From: Haloferax volcanii DS2
Lineage (GTDB): Archaea > Halobacteriota > Halobacteria > Halobacteriales > Haloferacaceae
Assembly (NCBI RefSeq): GCF_000025685.1
Contig: NC_013967.1
Location: 630,001 to 662,000, forward strand
Length of the DNA: 32,000 nucleotides
Direction of reading: 5' to 3'
The notes below the pieces were generated by a model. That model saw nothing but the letters and a program-made list of their open reading frames with translations. It ran no database searches and was not told the DNA's origin. Shown piece after piece: positions 1-8,457 of the stretch (position 1 is its first letter; every line of letters begins with the position of its first letter). The position numbers were made by a program, and so were the translations under genes.

Positions 1-2279
1 ATCTCCCCGTAGCGGGCGCGCTCGCCCGGCCCGACCCACACGTACTGCACGTCGTAGCGCTCGACGAGCCGCGCCCGCGTCGACTCGTTGCCGACGTACA
101 TCGCGTCCACGTCGCGCACGCGGTCGTAGTACGCGTCGGGGCCGCGGTAGCCGACTTCGTGCGCCCAGCCGGCGACCGTCGGGACGCCCGTCAGGCTCGA
201 TTCGGGATTCCCGCGCCAGTCGTACATGACGTCCTCGCGTTTGTCTGTCACCGCCTCGGACCACTTCGTCCCCGGCGCGGTGAGCATCGTCGGGTTGCCC
301 TCGACGGTCTCGTCGAGCCACGCGATGGCCGTCGACTCGTTTTCGTGCCGCCAGTCTGCGAAGGCCGTCGCGTCCAGCGTCGCCTCTTCTCTGGCCGAGC
401 CGGTGTGTTCGACGACGGCCAGCCCGCCGTACACCGACGTGGAGGCCACGAGGAGAGCGACGAAGCCGACGCCGACGGCGCTGACCGCGCCTCCGCGGAC
501 GCCGAGGTCGACCCTCGGGAGCGACACGTCGCTCGCGGCGACCGCGTCGCCGACGAAGCCGGCCAACACGGCCCCCATTACGCTCCCCCAGAGCACCCAC
601 ACCTGCATGTACGTCTTGAACACCGTGTTCATCCGCCCGGGCCCGGCCTGCTCGTTCACGTAGACGAGTTCGACGAGCATCACGAGGCCCGCGCCGGCGA
701 CGACGAGCACCGTCTCGAACCGCGGGTCGTCGGCGAACCGGAGGAGCACCCAGCCGACGGCGACGAGGGGCGCGACGAGCGCGAGCGCGGCGAACGACTG
801 GGCGGCCGCGACGACGGTCAGCGCCGCGAAGCTCCCGACGAGGACGGCCCACTCGCGCCCGCCGAGTCCGTCCTGCGCGCCGAGGCGGCGGACGTAGTAG
901 CCCGCGAACGCCGCGAGGAACGCCCCGTGGACGAGCGCCAGCGCGCCGAACCCGCTTCGCTGGTCGGGCGACAGAAGCTCGACCGTCCGGGCGCTTCCCC
1001 CGCCCGCGACCGCGCCGAGGAGGAACGGACTGGCGAGGACGGTGGCGGCGACCCCCGCGAGTCCGACCGCCGCGACCGTGCCGCCGAGGCGGGCGAGTTC
1101 GCCCGCGACCGCCGAGCCGCCGACGGCCGAGCGAACGCGCTCTCGCCCCGAAAATAACGTCCACGGGCGTGCGGGCGCGAAGACTATCCCGAGAAACAGC
1201 ACGCCGAACACCGACGGGAAACTCCACGTGTCGACGACGACTTGGAACGCGCCGACGAGCGTCGTCGCGGCGACGAGGCGTCGGCGCTCACCGACCGCCT
1301 CTTCAGGCGTCCGGAAGTACGCGAAGGCGAGGCCGGCCGCGAGGAGCAGAAACGGCGTGCCCATCATGTGGGCGTGGAGGTCGCCGTTGAGCCACGCGAA
1401 GAGCGGGAACTCGTTGATGGTGCCCGGAATCACGCGGCTCGCGCTCCAGTACGAGAAGTTCGAGGCCCCGGCGAGCACCTGCTCGACGGTGTATTGCGAC
1501 CGCTCGGCGACGGCCCGCGCGACGGGCCGGCGCAACCCCTCGGGGAGCGCGGCGAGGAGAAACCGCCCCGCGGTGACGAGGTTGCTGGCGAAGCCGACGA
1601 AGAACGCCGACAGCAGGCCGCCGAGCCGACCGTTCGCGCCCGCGGCAGTTGCGACGCCGCGCCCGAGTTCGAACGCCGCAGTGACGAGGACCCCGAAGAA
1701 GCCGGCGAGCGCGAGGTTGTAGGCGAACGACGGGTCGGTGGCGGTGAGCCGCGCGAGGAGAATCGACGCGAGGTGACCGCCGTAGTAGTAGCGGACCGGC
1801 TCGCCGGCGAACCACATATCCTCCGGCGGGAGGACCGACGCGCGGGCGAGCGACTGGAGGAGGCCGAAGTCGAGGAACTTCTCGCCGCCGCCGGCGTGGA
1901 CCGCCGGGTCGAGCGCGCGGAGCGCCACGGCGAACAGGAAGGCGACGAGGAACACCGCGGCCGCGTCGGCGACGGCGCGTCGGTCGATGTCGAGGCCGGG
2001 TGCGAGTCGGCGGTCGCCGCGGCGAAGCGCGCCGAAGTCGAGGCCCGCGACCGCGGACGCGACGAGGAGCGTCCCGACGCCGGCGACGAGGGCGACGGGG
2101 CCGAACGAGAGGTGGCCGACGTAGTAGGCTGGGAGGGTCAACGCGACGAGCGAGACGGGGAGGGCGAGTCCGGCGCCGCGGCCGGGGAGGCGGCAAAACA
2201 GGCGGGCCGAGAGGGGAAGGCCGACCGCCCAGAGGGCTGCGAACAGCAGTAACCACCGGACAACGAGGGCGTACTCCAT
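1..2279 (-). CDS. Large polytopic membrane protein, DUF2298 / Chlor_Arch_YYY family (C-terminal end lies beyond the window start)
   Basis: I translated the minus strand by hand. ATG at 2279..2277 gives MEYALVVRWLLLFAALWAVGLPLSARLF... The frame stays open to position 1, which explains why the ORF track lacks it (no stop in the window). There are many hydrophobic segments and a DMWFAGEPVRYYYGGHL motif (YYY) at about 1770-1820. The soluble end reads ...ERYDVQYVWVGPGERARYGE. The family name is from memory. Confidence 0.75.
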   Translation of the reverse strand, partial: MEYALVVRWLLLFAALWAVGLPLSARLFCRLPGRGAGLALPVSLVALTLPAYYVGHLSFGPVALVAGVGTLLVASAVAGLDFGALRRGDRRLAPGLDIDRRAVADAAAVFLVAFLFAVALRALDPAVHAGGGEKFLDFGLLQSLARASVLPPEDMWFAGEPVRYYYGGHLASILLARLTATDPSFAYNLALAGFFGVLVTAAFELGRGVATAAGANGRLGGLLSAFFVGFASNLVTAGRFLLAALPEGLRRPVARAVAERSQYTVEQVLAGASNFSYWSASRVIPGTINEFPLFAWLNGDLHAHMMGTPFLLLAAGLAFAYFRTPEEAVGERRRLVAATTLVGAFQVVVDTWSFPSVFGVLFLGIVFAPARPWTLFSGRERVRSAVGGSAVAGELARLGGTVAAVGLAGVAATVLASPFLLGAVAGGGSARTVELLSPDQRSGFGALALVHGAFLAAFAGYYVRRLGAQDGLGGREWAVLVGSFAALTVVAAAQSFAALALVAPLVAVGWVLLRFADDPRFETVLVVAGAGLVMLVELVYVNEQAGPGRMNTVFKTYMQVWVLWGSVMGAVLAGFVGDAVAASDVSLPRVDLGVRGGAVSAVGVGFVALLVASTSVYGGLAVVEHTGSAREEATLDATAFADWRHENESTAIAWLDETVEGNPTMLTAPGTKWSEAVTDKREDVMYDWRGNPESSLTGVPTVAGWAHEVGYRGPDAYYDRVRDVDAMYVGNESTRARLVERYDVQYVWVGPGERARYGE

Positions 2280-2374
2280 CTATCCGTTGACTGCGCCGCG
2301 GATGCAATACGTTTTGTGATGGCCGGTGCGGCCAGAGCGGTTCGCTTTTTACCCCATTGAGTGAATGGTCGTGC

Positions 2375-3160
2375 ATGTCGCAGTCTGTCGGGGTGGTGGT
2401 CCCCGCCTATCGACCAGACCCCGAGCGTCTGGTCCCCTACGTCCACGCCCTCGTCGAGTCGCTGGACCCCGATGCGGTCCGCGTCGAACTCGACGCGCCG
2501 CGGCCCGAGACGCTCGACGCCCTCGACGCCCTCCCCGCCGTCGCCCGCGTGAACGATGTCGACGCCCGCCGCGGCAAGGGCGCGGCCATCACCGCCGGGT
2601 TCGAATCGCTTCGCACGGATATCCTCGCGTTCGCCGACGCCGACGGGAGCACGCCGGCCGCGTCGATGGCCGATGTCGTCGCCGCCGTCCGCGACGGTGC
2701 CGACCTCGCGGTAGGGTCGCGCCGCCACCCGAACGCGACCGTCGCCTCCCATCAGACGGTCGCGCGGCGCTACCTCGGCGACGGCTTCGCGTGGCTGGCC
2801 CGCCACCTGACCGAGGTCCCGTTGTACGACTACCAGTGCGGCGCGAAGGCCGTCACCGCCGCGGCGTGGAACGACGTTCGGACCCACCTGTACGAGCCGG
2901 GGTTCGCGTGGGACATCGAACTCATCGCCGTCTCGGGGGCGTTCGGCCACCGCGTGGCCGAGGTGCCGGTCGTCTGGGAGGACCAGCCGAACTCGACGGT
3001 CTCGCCGGTCGACACGACGGTCAAGATGGCCCGCGGGTTGCTCCGGTCGCGCCACCGCGCCCGGACGATTCGCGAGGACCGCCTCCACGAACTCATCGAC
3101 GCGCGGAGCGACGAACGGACCCTCGTCGAGCAGTTCTCGACGGAGGTCGCGGATGACTGA
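2375..3160 (+). CDS. Family 2 glycosyltransferase (polyprenyl/dolichyl-phosphate hexose synthase-like)
   Basis: Track ORF 2357..3160 starts at TTG. The first ATG, at 2375, gives MSQSVGVVVPAYRPDPERL... GT2 hallmarks are VVVPAYR, FADADGS (DxD) and YDYQCGAKA. A TATA-like CTTTTTACC lies about 24 nt upstream. Confidence 0.85.
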   Translation: MSQSVGVVVPAYRPDPERLVPYVHALVESLDPDAVRVELDAPRPETLDALDALPAVARVNDVDARRGKGAAITAGFESLRTDILAFADADGSTPAASMADVVAAVRDGADLAVGSRRHPNATVASHQTVARRYLGDGFAWLARHLTEVPLYDYQCGAKAVTAAAWNDVRTHLYEPGFAWDIELIAVSGAFGHRVAEVPVVWEDQPNSTVSPVDTTVKMARGLLRSRHRARTIREDRLHELIDARSDERTLVEQFSTEVADD

Positions 3161-3620
3161 TCGGCTCTCGGCGCTCGTCTCCGGCACTCGCTTCGGCAAA
3201 TTCGCCTCCGTGGGTGCGGTCGGCGCGGTGTTCGACCTCTCTCTGAGCAGTCTCCTCATCGTCTTTTTCGGCGTCGCCAACGAACTCGCGAAGCTCGCCG
3301 GCGCGGAGTTGGCAATCGTCGTCATGTTCGTCATCAACGACCGCTGGACGTTCGCGGGCGCGGGCTCGGACCTGCTCACCGCGAAGATCCGGCGCTTCGT
3401 GAAGTCGAACCTCGTGCGGAGCGGCGGCCTCCTCGTGCAGGTGCTCGTCGTCCGGGCGCTCGGGGAGGTGTCGCTGTCGATTCCGGTCGCCGGTATCGAC
3501 CTCTGGGAACTCATCCCGCTCCCCCTCGCTATCGGCGCGTCAATGCTCCTGAACTACGTCGCAGAAAGCCTGTTCACGTGGCGCATCGCGACCCGTTCGA
3601 GTCAGCGCGACTCACGGTGA
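3153..3620 (+). CDS. GtrA-family small membrane protein (putative polyprenyl-phosphate-sugar translocase)
   Basis: The 155-aa ORF reads ...RFGKFASVGAVGAVFDLSLSSLLIVF...FVINDRWTF...NYVAESLFTW, the typical GtrA-like four-TM pattern. Its ATG overlaps the GT2 stop by 8 nt (ATGACTGA). Confidence 0.8.
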   Translation: MTDRLSALVSGTRFGKFASVGAVGAVFDLSLSSLLIVFFGVANELAKLAGAELAIVVMFVINDRWTFAGAGSDLLTAKIRRFVKSNLVRSGGLLVQVLVVRALGEVSLSIPVAGIDLWELIPLPLAIGASMLLNYVAESLFTWRIATRSSQRDSR

Positions 3621-3680
3621 AAATTGACACACGGCTCCCGAAACAGAAGTCTTAACAATAGCAGACTCGTTTGTTGATTC

Positions 3681-3755
3681 AGCGGGATGGGATAGCCAGG
3701 AGATTCCGCCGGGCTCATAACCCGGAGATCGGTAGTTCAAATCTACCTCCCGCTA
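3681..3755 (+). tRNA. tRNA-iMet: Initiator tRNA-Met (anticodon CAT)
   Basis: Sequence AGCGGGATGGGATAGCCAGGAGATTCCGCCGGGCTCATAACCCGGAGATCGGTAGTTCAAATCTACCTCCCGCTA. The acceptor stem is AGCGGGA/TCCCGCT with an A1:U72 pair. The anticodon stem has three G:C pairs next to the loop CTCATAA, which is the archaeal initiator signature. T-arm is GGTAG-TTCAAAT-CTACC. No CCA is encoded. A TATA-like TTAACAATA lies about 25 nt upstream. Confidence 0.93.
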
Positions 3756-3762
3756 TGGTTTT
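3756..3762 (+). terminator. T-run directly after the tRNA 3' end
   Basis: TGGTTTT follows the discriminator base immediately. Archaeal RNAP terminates at oligo-T tracts. Confidence 0.5.
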
Positions 3763-3966
3763 GCCGACCTCAACTCCTGAGCTCCGAGTCTCGGCTCGGC
3801 GCGACCCACGGGGTCGGCCTCATAGCTCAGTAGATTTGAACCAGAGAATCGAGCGAAGCGAGAGTCGCATCGTTCAAATCCCCCTTCCTTTCTCACAACA
3901 AGAGCGACTGCCCACCAGTTGACCGCTTTCGAAGGAGATTTTCGACCCCGACCCAACGAGAGCACA

Positions 3967-4392
<426 letters not shown>

Positions 4393-4429
4393 GGGCGAGC
4401 GCGGCGGGCGCGACAGCATTTCTCAGTTC

Positions 4430-5422
4430 TCAGTTCTCGTCGCCGCCGACGCTGTCGGCGTCGCCACCGTTGTCGGCGTCATCGCTGCCCCCGTCGCCGC
4501 CGTAGTGGCGTCGCTCCACGTAGTCGTCGTAGAGCCGCGAGAGCAGTTTCGTCACCGGGCCGTCACCGACTTCGATGCCGTCGACCGTCTCTACGGGTCG
4601 GAGTTCCCACGTCGAGTTCGTGAGGAACGCCTCGTTCGCGTCGCGCACGTCGTCCGGCGTGAAGCGCCGTTCCCGAATCGGGATGCCCTCCTGCCGGGCG
4701 AGGTCGAGGACGACGCGCCGGGTGATGCCGGGAAGGACCGGCCCGTCGAGACTCGGCGTGCAGAGCGCGTTATCGTCGACGAAAAAGAGGTTGCTCGTCG
4801 CGCCCTCGGTGACGTAGCCGTCGGCGTCGAGCATGAGCGCCTCGTCCGCGCCGGTGACGCGGAGTTCGACGCGGGCGAGGATGCCGTTGAGGTAGTTGTG
4901 CGTCTTCGCCCGCGCGGGGAGCGACCGGTCGGGGATGCGCCGGGTCTTGACCGTCTGGACCGTCGCGGGGCCGTCCCACACTGGGTCGGAGCCGCGGCCG
5001 CCGCGGGAGAGCGGTTCCACGATGACGACCACGCGGGGGTCGACCGCCTCGGCCGGCGTGAGGCGGCCACCCTGACTACCGCGGGTGACCGAGAGCCTGA
5101 CGTACGCCTCGTCGAGGTCGTTCGCCGCCAGCGTCTCGTCGATTCGCGCGCGAAGGTCGTCGTCGGACAGGCCGTGGTCCATCCCGAGCGCGTCGCACGT
5201 CTCGGCCAGTCGGTCGGCGTGGGCGTCCCAGTGGAACACCTCGCCGCCGTAGGCGCGGAGCGTCTCGAAGGCCGCGTCACCGTAGAGGAAGCCGCGGTCC
5301 GTGACCGGAACCGACGCCGACTCGGCGGGGACGAGGTCGCCGTCGACGTGGTAGCGAAGCGACCGCCCACCGGTGTCGGCGTCGGCGTCGCCATCGCCGT
5401 CTCCAACTCCGTCGTCGCTCAT
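4430..5422 (-). CDS. pabC: Class IV aminotransferase-fold protein, aminodeoxychorismate lyase-like
   Basis: The real start is ATG at 5422 ([19 protein letters not shown]...). The 5' part of track ORF 4430..5830 is an Arg-rich read-through into pabA. Class IV motifs include DRGFLYGDAAFETLRAY and EGATSNLFFV. The start overlaps the pabA stop (ATGA). The pabC assignment rests on operon context. Confidence 0.8.
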   Translation of the reverse strand: MSDDGVGDGDGDADADTGGRSLRYHVDGDLVPAESASVPVTDRGFLYGDAAFETLRAYGGEVFHWDAHADRLAETCDALGMDHGLSDDDLRARIDETLAANDLDEAYVRLSVTRGSQGGRLTPAEAVDPRVVVIVEPLSRGGRGSDPVWDGPATVQTVKTRRIPDRSLPARAKTHNYLNGILARVELRVTGADEALMLDADGYVTEGATSNLFFVDDNALCTPSLDGPVLPGITRRVVLDLARQEGIPIRERRFTPDDVRDANEAFLTNSTWELRPVETVDGIEVGDGPVTKLLSRLYDDYVERRHYGGDGGSDDADNGGDADSVGGDEN

Positions 5423-6138
5423 CGCTCTCCCTCCCACGCCGCTGCCGCCGGGCCGTCGCCCACGGCGAGCGCGACGAAGTTGCGGACGATGTCTTTCCCC
5501 GAATCGGTGAGGATGCTCTCGGGGTGGAACTGCACGCCGACGTGGGGCTTCTCGCGGTGACGAACGCCCATCACGACCGCGGGTTCGTCGCCCTCGGTTC
5601 CCGTGTCGCCGTCCGAATTCTCGGCTTCGGACCCTTCTGCGACCGTGTAGGCGGTCACCGCCAACTCGGGTGGGACGTCCTCGTGTTCGACCGCGAGCGA
5701 GTGGTAGCGGCCGACCTCGATTCGGTCGGGGAGCCCCGAAAAGACCCCTGCGCCGTCGTGTTCGACGAGCGAGGGCTTCCCGTGGACGACGTGGGGCGCG
5801 TGGCCGACGCGACTCCCGAGGGCGGCACACAGCGACTGGTGGCCGAGACAGACGCCGAGCGTCGGGTAGTCGAGGTCGCGGAAGACCGACACCGAGACGC
5901 CGGCCTCCGCGGGGGTGCCGGGTCCGGGCGAGACGACGATGCCGTCCGGGTCGATGTCGCGCACGTCGTCGGTCGAGAGCGCGTCGTTGCGATAGACGAG
6001 CACGTCGTCTGAGCCGTCCGAACTGCTCCCATCCGCGCTCTCGTCACCACCCCGCGCCTCGGAGACCGCCTCGCCGACGTACTGCACGAGGTTGTAGGCG
6101 AACGAGTCGTAGTTGTCGACGACGAGGATGCGCGTCAT
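5419..6138 (-). CDS. pabA: Glutamine amidotransferase, aminodeoxychorismate/anthranilate synthase component II
   Basis: [23 protein letters not shown]..., the catalytic GVCLGHQ, and GVQFHPES. Two acidic low-complexity insertions are present. ATGA overlaps occur at both ends of the gene. Confidence 0.88.
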   Translation of the reverse strand: MTRILVVDNYDSFAYNLVQYVGEAVSEARGGDESADGSSSDGSDDVLVYRNDALSTDDVRDIDPDGIVVSPGPGTPAEAGVSVSVFRDLDYPTLGVCLGHQSLCAALGSRVGHAPHVVHGKPSLVEHDGAGVFSGLPDRIEVGRYHSLAVEHEDVPPELAVTAYTVAEGSEAENSDGDTGTEGDEPAVVMGVRHREKPHVGVQFHPESILTDSGKDIVRNFVALAVGDGPAAAAWEGER

Positions 6139-7649
6139 CGCTCCGTCCCCACGGTCATGTTCGCGCGCTCGCCCAGCGCCTCGTCGATGGCGGTGATGAG
6201 CGCCCGCGCCTTCGCCAGCGTCTCGTCGTACTCGCGTTGGGGGTCCGAATCGTGGACGATGCCCGCACCCACGCGGAGGTGGTACTCGTCTCCGAAGCGG
6301 ACGAGCGTCCGGATGACGATGTTCAGTACCGCGCGGTCGTCGAAGCCGACGGCGAACATGCTCCCGGTGTAGGGGCCGCGACGGGTGGCTTCGAGTTCGT
6401 CGATAATCTCCATCGTCCGGGGCTTCGGCGCGCCCGTGATGGTCCCGCCGGGGAACACCGCGGCGACGGCGTCGGCGAGGCTGGTTCCCTCGCGCCGGGT
6501 CCCCTCGACTAGGGAGACGAGATGCATCACCTCCGAGTAGCGGTCCACCCGGCGGTACTCCGTCACCTCGACCGACCCGTACTCCGAGACCTTTCCGAGG
6601 TCGTTGCGTTCGAGGTCGACGAGCATCGCGTGTTCGGCGCGCTCTTTCTCATCGGTCGTCAGGTCGGCCTCCAGCGCCTCGTCTTCCTCGGTCGTCGCCC
6701 CCCGCGGGCGGGTGCCGGCGATGGGTTCGGTGACGAGGCGGTCGCCCTCGACGCGCAAGAGGAGCTCGGGACTGGCGCTCACGAGGTCGACGCCGGGGAG
6801 TTCGAGCAGCCCCGAGTACGGCGCGGGGTTGACCTCTCGGAGCGCCGCGTAGGCGTCCACCGGGTGGACCGCGGCGGGCGCGACGAGTCGCTGGGAGAGG
6901 TTCGCCTGAAACGTGTCGCCGTCGCGGACGTACCGCTTCGCGGCGCGAACGCGGTCGGCGAACGCCTCGCGACCGCAGGCGCTCTCGAACGTCGCCTCGT
7001 CGGATTCGACGGGCGCGGAGACGGGTTCCGGTTCACCTTCGACCGCTTCGGTGGCGAAGTCGGTCGCCCGCGTTCGCGCCTCGTCGTAGACGGCGTCGAG
7101 GTCCTCGTCGGCCTCGACGACCGGACAGCAGGTGACGCGAAGCGTCGTCTCGCCGTCGTCGGGCCGGGGTTCCGCCCACGACGCCACGAGGTCGTACAGG
7201 CCGAGTTGCAGGTGCGGGAGTCCCCGGTCGTCGGTCGTCTGCTCGGGGAGCGATTCGAGTTCGCGGGCCGCGTCGTACGAGAGCCAGCCGAACAGGCCGC
7301 AGGGATACGGCGCGTCGCAGTCGCCGCGGACGAGCGTCTCCGAATCGACGAACGATTCGAGCGCGGCGAGGCTCGGTGCGGTGTCGACGCCGGGGTCTCC
7401 CCAGTCGTCGTCGGTCGGGGCGTCAGCGGTCAGGCGCTCCGCGGGGTCGACGCCGAAGGCTCCCCAGCCGGGTTGCCCGCCGGTCGTCTCGTAGAAGAAG
7501 CCGCCGGCATCCCGGCGGGCGCGTCGATAGGCGTCGAAGGGGTCCGAGACGGCGACGCGGACCTCGACGGGGACGCGCGCGCCGGGTGACGCGACCGCGG
7601 CGGTCGCGCGAAAGTCGTCGCGGTCGGTGACGACGGTCGGTGCGGTCAT
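6135..7649 (-). CDS. pabB: Aminodeoxychorismate (or anthranilate) synthase component I
   Basis: Track ORF 6135..7658 starts at GTG. ATG at 7649 gives [13 protein letters not shown]... Chorismate-binding motifs include [22 protein letters not shown] and RGPYTGS. A TATA-like CCGTTTACC lies about 26 nt upstream. Confidence 0.88.
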   Translation of the reverse strand: MTAPTVVTDRDDFRATAAVASPGARVPVEVRVAVSDPFDAYRRARRDAGGFFYETTGGQPGWGAFGVDPAERLTADAPTDDDWGDPGVDTAPSLAALESFVDSETLVRGDCDAPYPCGLFGWLSYDAARELESLPEQTTDDRGLPHLQLGLYDLVASWAEPRPDDGETTLRVTCCPVVEADEDLDAVYDEARTRATDFATEAVEGEPEPVSAPVESDEATFESACGREAFADRVRAAKRYVRDGDTFQANLSQRLVAPAAVHPVDAYAALREVNPAPYSGLLELPGVDLVSASPELLLRVEGDRLVTEPIAGTRPRGATTEEDEALEADLTTDEKERAEHAMLVDLERNDLGKVSEYGSVEVTEYRRVDRYSEVMHLVSLVEGTRREGTSLADAVAAVFPGGTITGAPKPRTMEIIDELEATRRGPYTGSMFAVGFDDRAVLNIVIRTLVRFGDEYHLRVGAGIVHDSDPQREYDETLAKARALITAIDEALGERANMTVGTER

Positions 7650-7763
7650 TACCCACACCAGTCCGTCCGCCGGGTAAACGGTTTCGCGACGTATCGACGA
7701 GCTGTCGAAAGCGGTCGTCAGTCGGGAGAACAGCCGCGTCGGTCGCTTCCGGGCGCGCGTCGG

Positions 7764-8414
7764 TTACGCGTCGCCGGCGCGGTCTATCCAGCGCTGGACG
7801 CGCTTCGGCGACACGTCGATTTCGTCGCCGACCTCGTCGGCGTCGGCCGCCGCGAGGTCCGCGATGGTCTCGATGCCGATTCCCGAGAGGCGTTCGGCGT
7901 ACGCCGGGCCGATGCCGCGAATCCTGTCGACGGTGGGCGCGTCGGCGTTGTCGGCCGTCTCGTCGTCGGACTCTTCGTCTTCGACCTCCGCGCCGTCGGA
8001 TTCCTCGTCCTCGTCTTCGAGTTCCGGTTCGCCCTCGACCTCAGGTTCGCCGTCGACTTCGACTTCGACTTCGACCTCGGACTCGGACTCAGGCTCCGGT
8101 TCGACTGCTTCGTCCTCCGGTTCGGCTTCCTCGATGGCGTCGGCCGCCACCTCGGCGTCGTCGCGGGTGTCCTCGTCGTCCGCGTGGGACTCCGCGTCGG
8201 CCTCTTCGCCCGCCGTCTCGTCCGCCGATTCTGTCTCTTCGACCGGTTCCTTCACCGCGGCCTCGGTCTCGACGTTCGCTTCCTCGCGTTCGGTTCTGGT
8301 GTCGCGTTCGACCGTAACGGTCGCCGTGTCGTCACGTCCCTCCTTCGAGGAAGACGACGAGTCGCCACCAACGAGGGATTTCCAGAGCGACGAAATAGTG
8401 TCAAGCAAGCCCAT
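7764..8414 (-). CDS. Highly acidic helix-hairpin-helix (HhH) domain protein
   Basis: 216 aa. The N-terminus is MGLLDTISSLWKSLVGG. About 150 aa of D/E/A/T-rich low complexity follows. The C-terminus has the HhH pattern VDRIRGIGPAYAERLSGIGIETIADLA. The strong TATA TTTTTAAATAA sits about 22 nt upstream. Confidence 0.8.
   Translation of the reverse strand: MGLLDTISSLWKSLVGGDSSSSSKEGRDDTATVTVERDTRTEREEANVETEAAVKEPVEETESADETAGEEADAESHADDEDTRDDAEVAADAIEEAEPEDEAVEPEPESESEVEVEVEVDGEPEVEGEPELEDEDEESDGAEVEDEESDDETADNADAPTVDRIRGIGPAYAERLSGIGIETIADLAAADADEVGDEIDVSPKRVQRWIDRAGDA
8055..8090. repeat. Imperfect hexanucleotide tandem repeat inside the HhH gene
   Basis: GACTTC x3, then GACCTC, GGACTC, GGACTC. 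On the minus strand this encodes ...ESESEVEVEVEV... Confidence 0.8.
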
Positions 8415-8437
8415 GTTACCTTCTCCTATGCAATCCG

Positions 8438-8448
8438 TTATTTAAAAA
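8438..8448 (-). promoter_or_regulatory. TATA box of the HhH gene (its T-run may also terminate aroE)
   Basis: The minus strand reads TTTTTAAATAA about 22 nt upstream of the ATG at 8414. It also lies 10 nt downstream of the aroE stop. Confidence 0.55.
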
Positions 8449-8457
8449 CCAGCGGCC

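Noticed and set aside
1303-3514. Long - strand ORFs (1303..2376 and 2138..3514) and + strand ORFs (159..1157, 1242..2252) across the glycosylation cluster
   Set aside because: All are Arg/Pro/Ser-rich off-frame or antisense translations. The real genes are the YYY protein (frame open to the window edge), GT2 and GtrA.
3681-3966. An integrated mobile element or att site at tRNA-iMet
   Set aside because: There is no integrase or other mobile genes nearby. The tRNA-like piece is an inverted 12-mer, not a direct repeat of the tRNA 3' end. The flanking genes are core housekeeping.
4419-4439. The TTCTCAG x3 heptamer tandem repeat as a regulatory element
   Set aside because: It is very short. It overlaps the pabC stop codon and C-terminal codons in a convergent gene junction, so it is most simply slippage-generated sequence or T-rich termination context.
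4430-5830. The 466-aa version of the class IV aminotransferase ORF
   Set aside because: The first 136 residues or so are an Arg-rich read-through of the pabA coding region in another frame. The ATG at 5422, with its ATGA overlap and acidic N-terminus, is the credible start.
7980-8200. A CRISPR-like or regulatory repeat array (GACTTC/GGACTC units)
   Set aside because: The units are 6 nt, have no spacers, and lie in frame within the acidic linker of the HhH gene (EV/ES repeats). This is coding low complexity.
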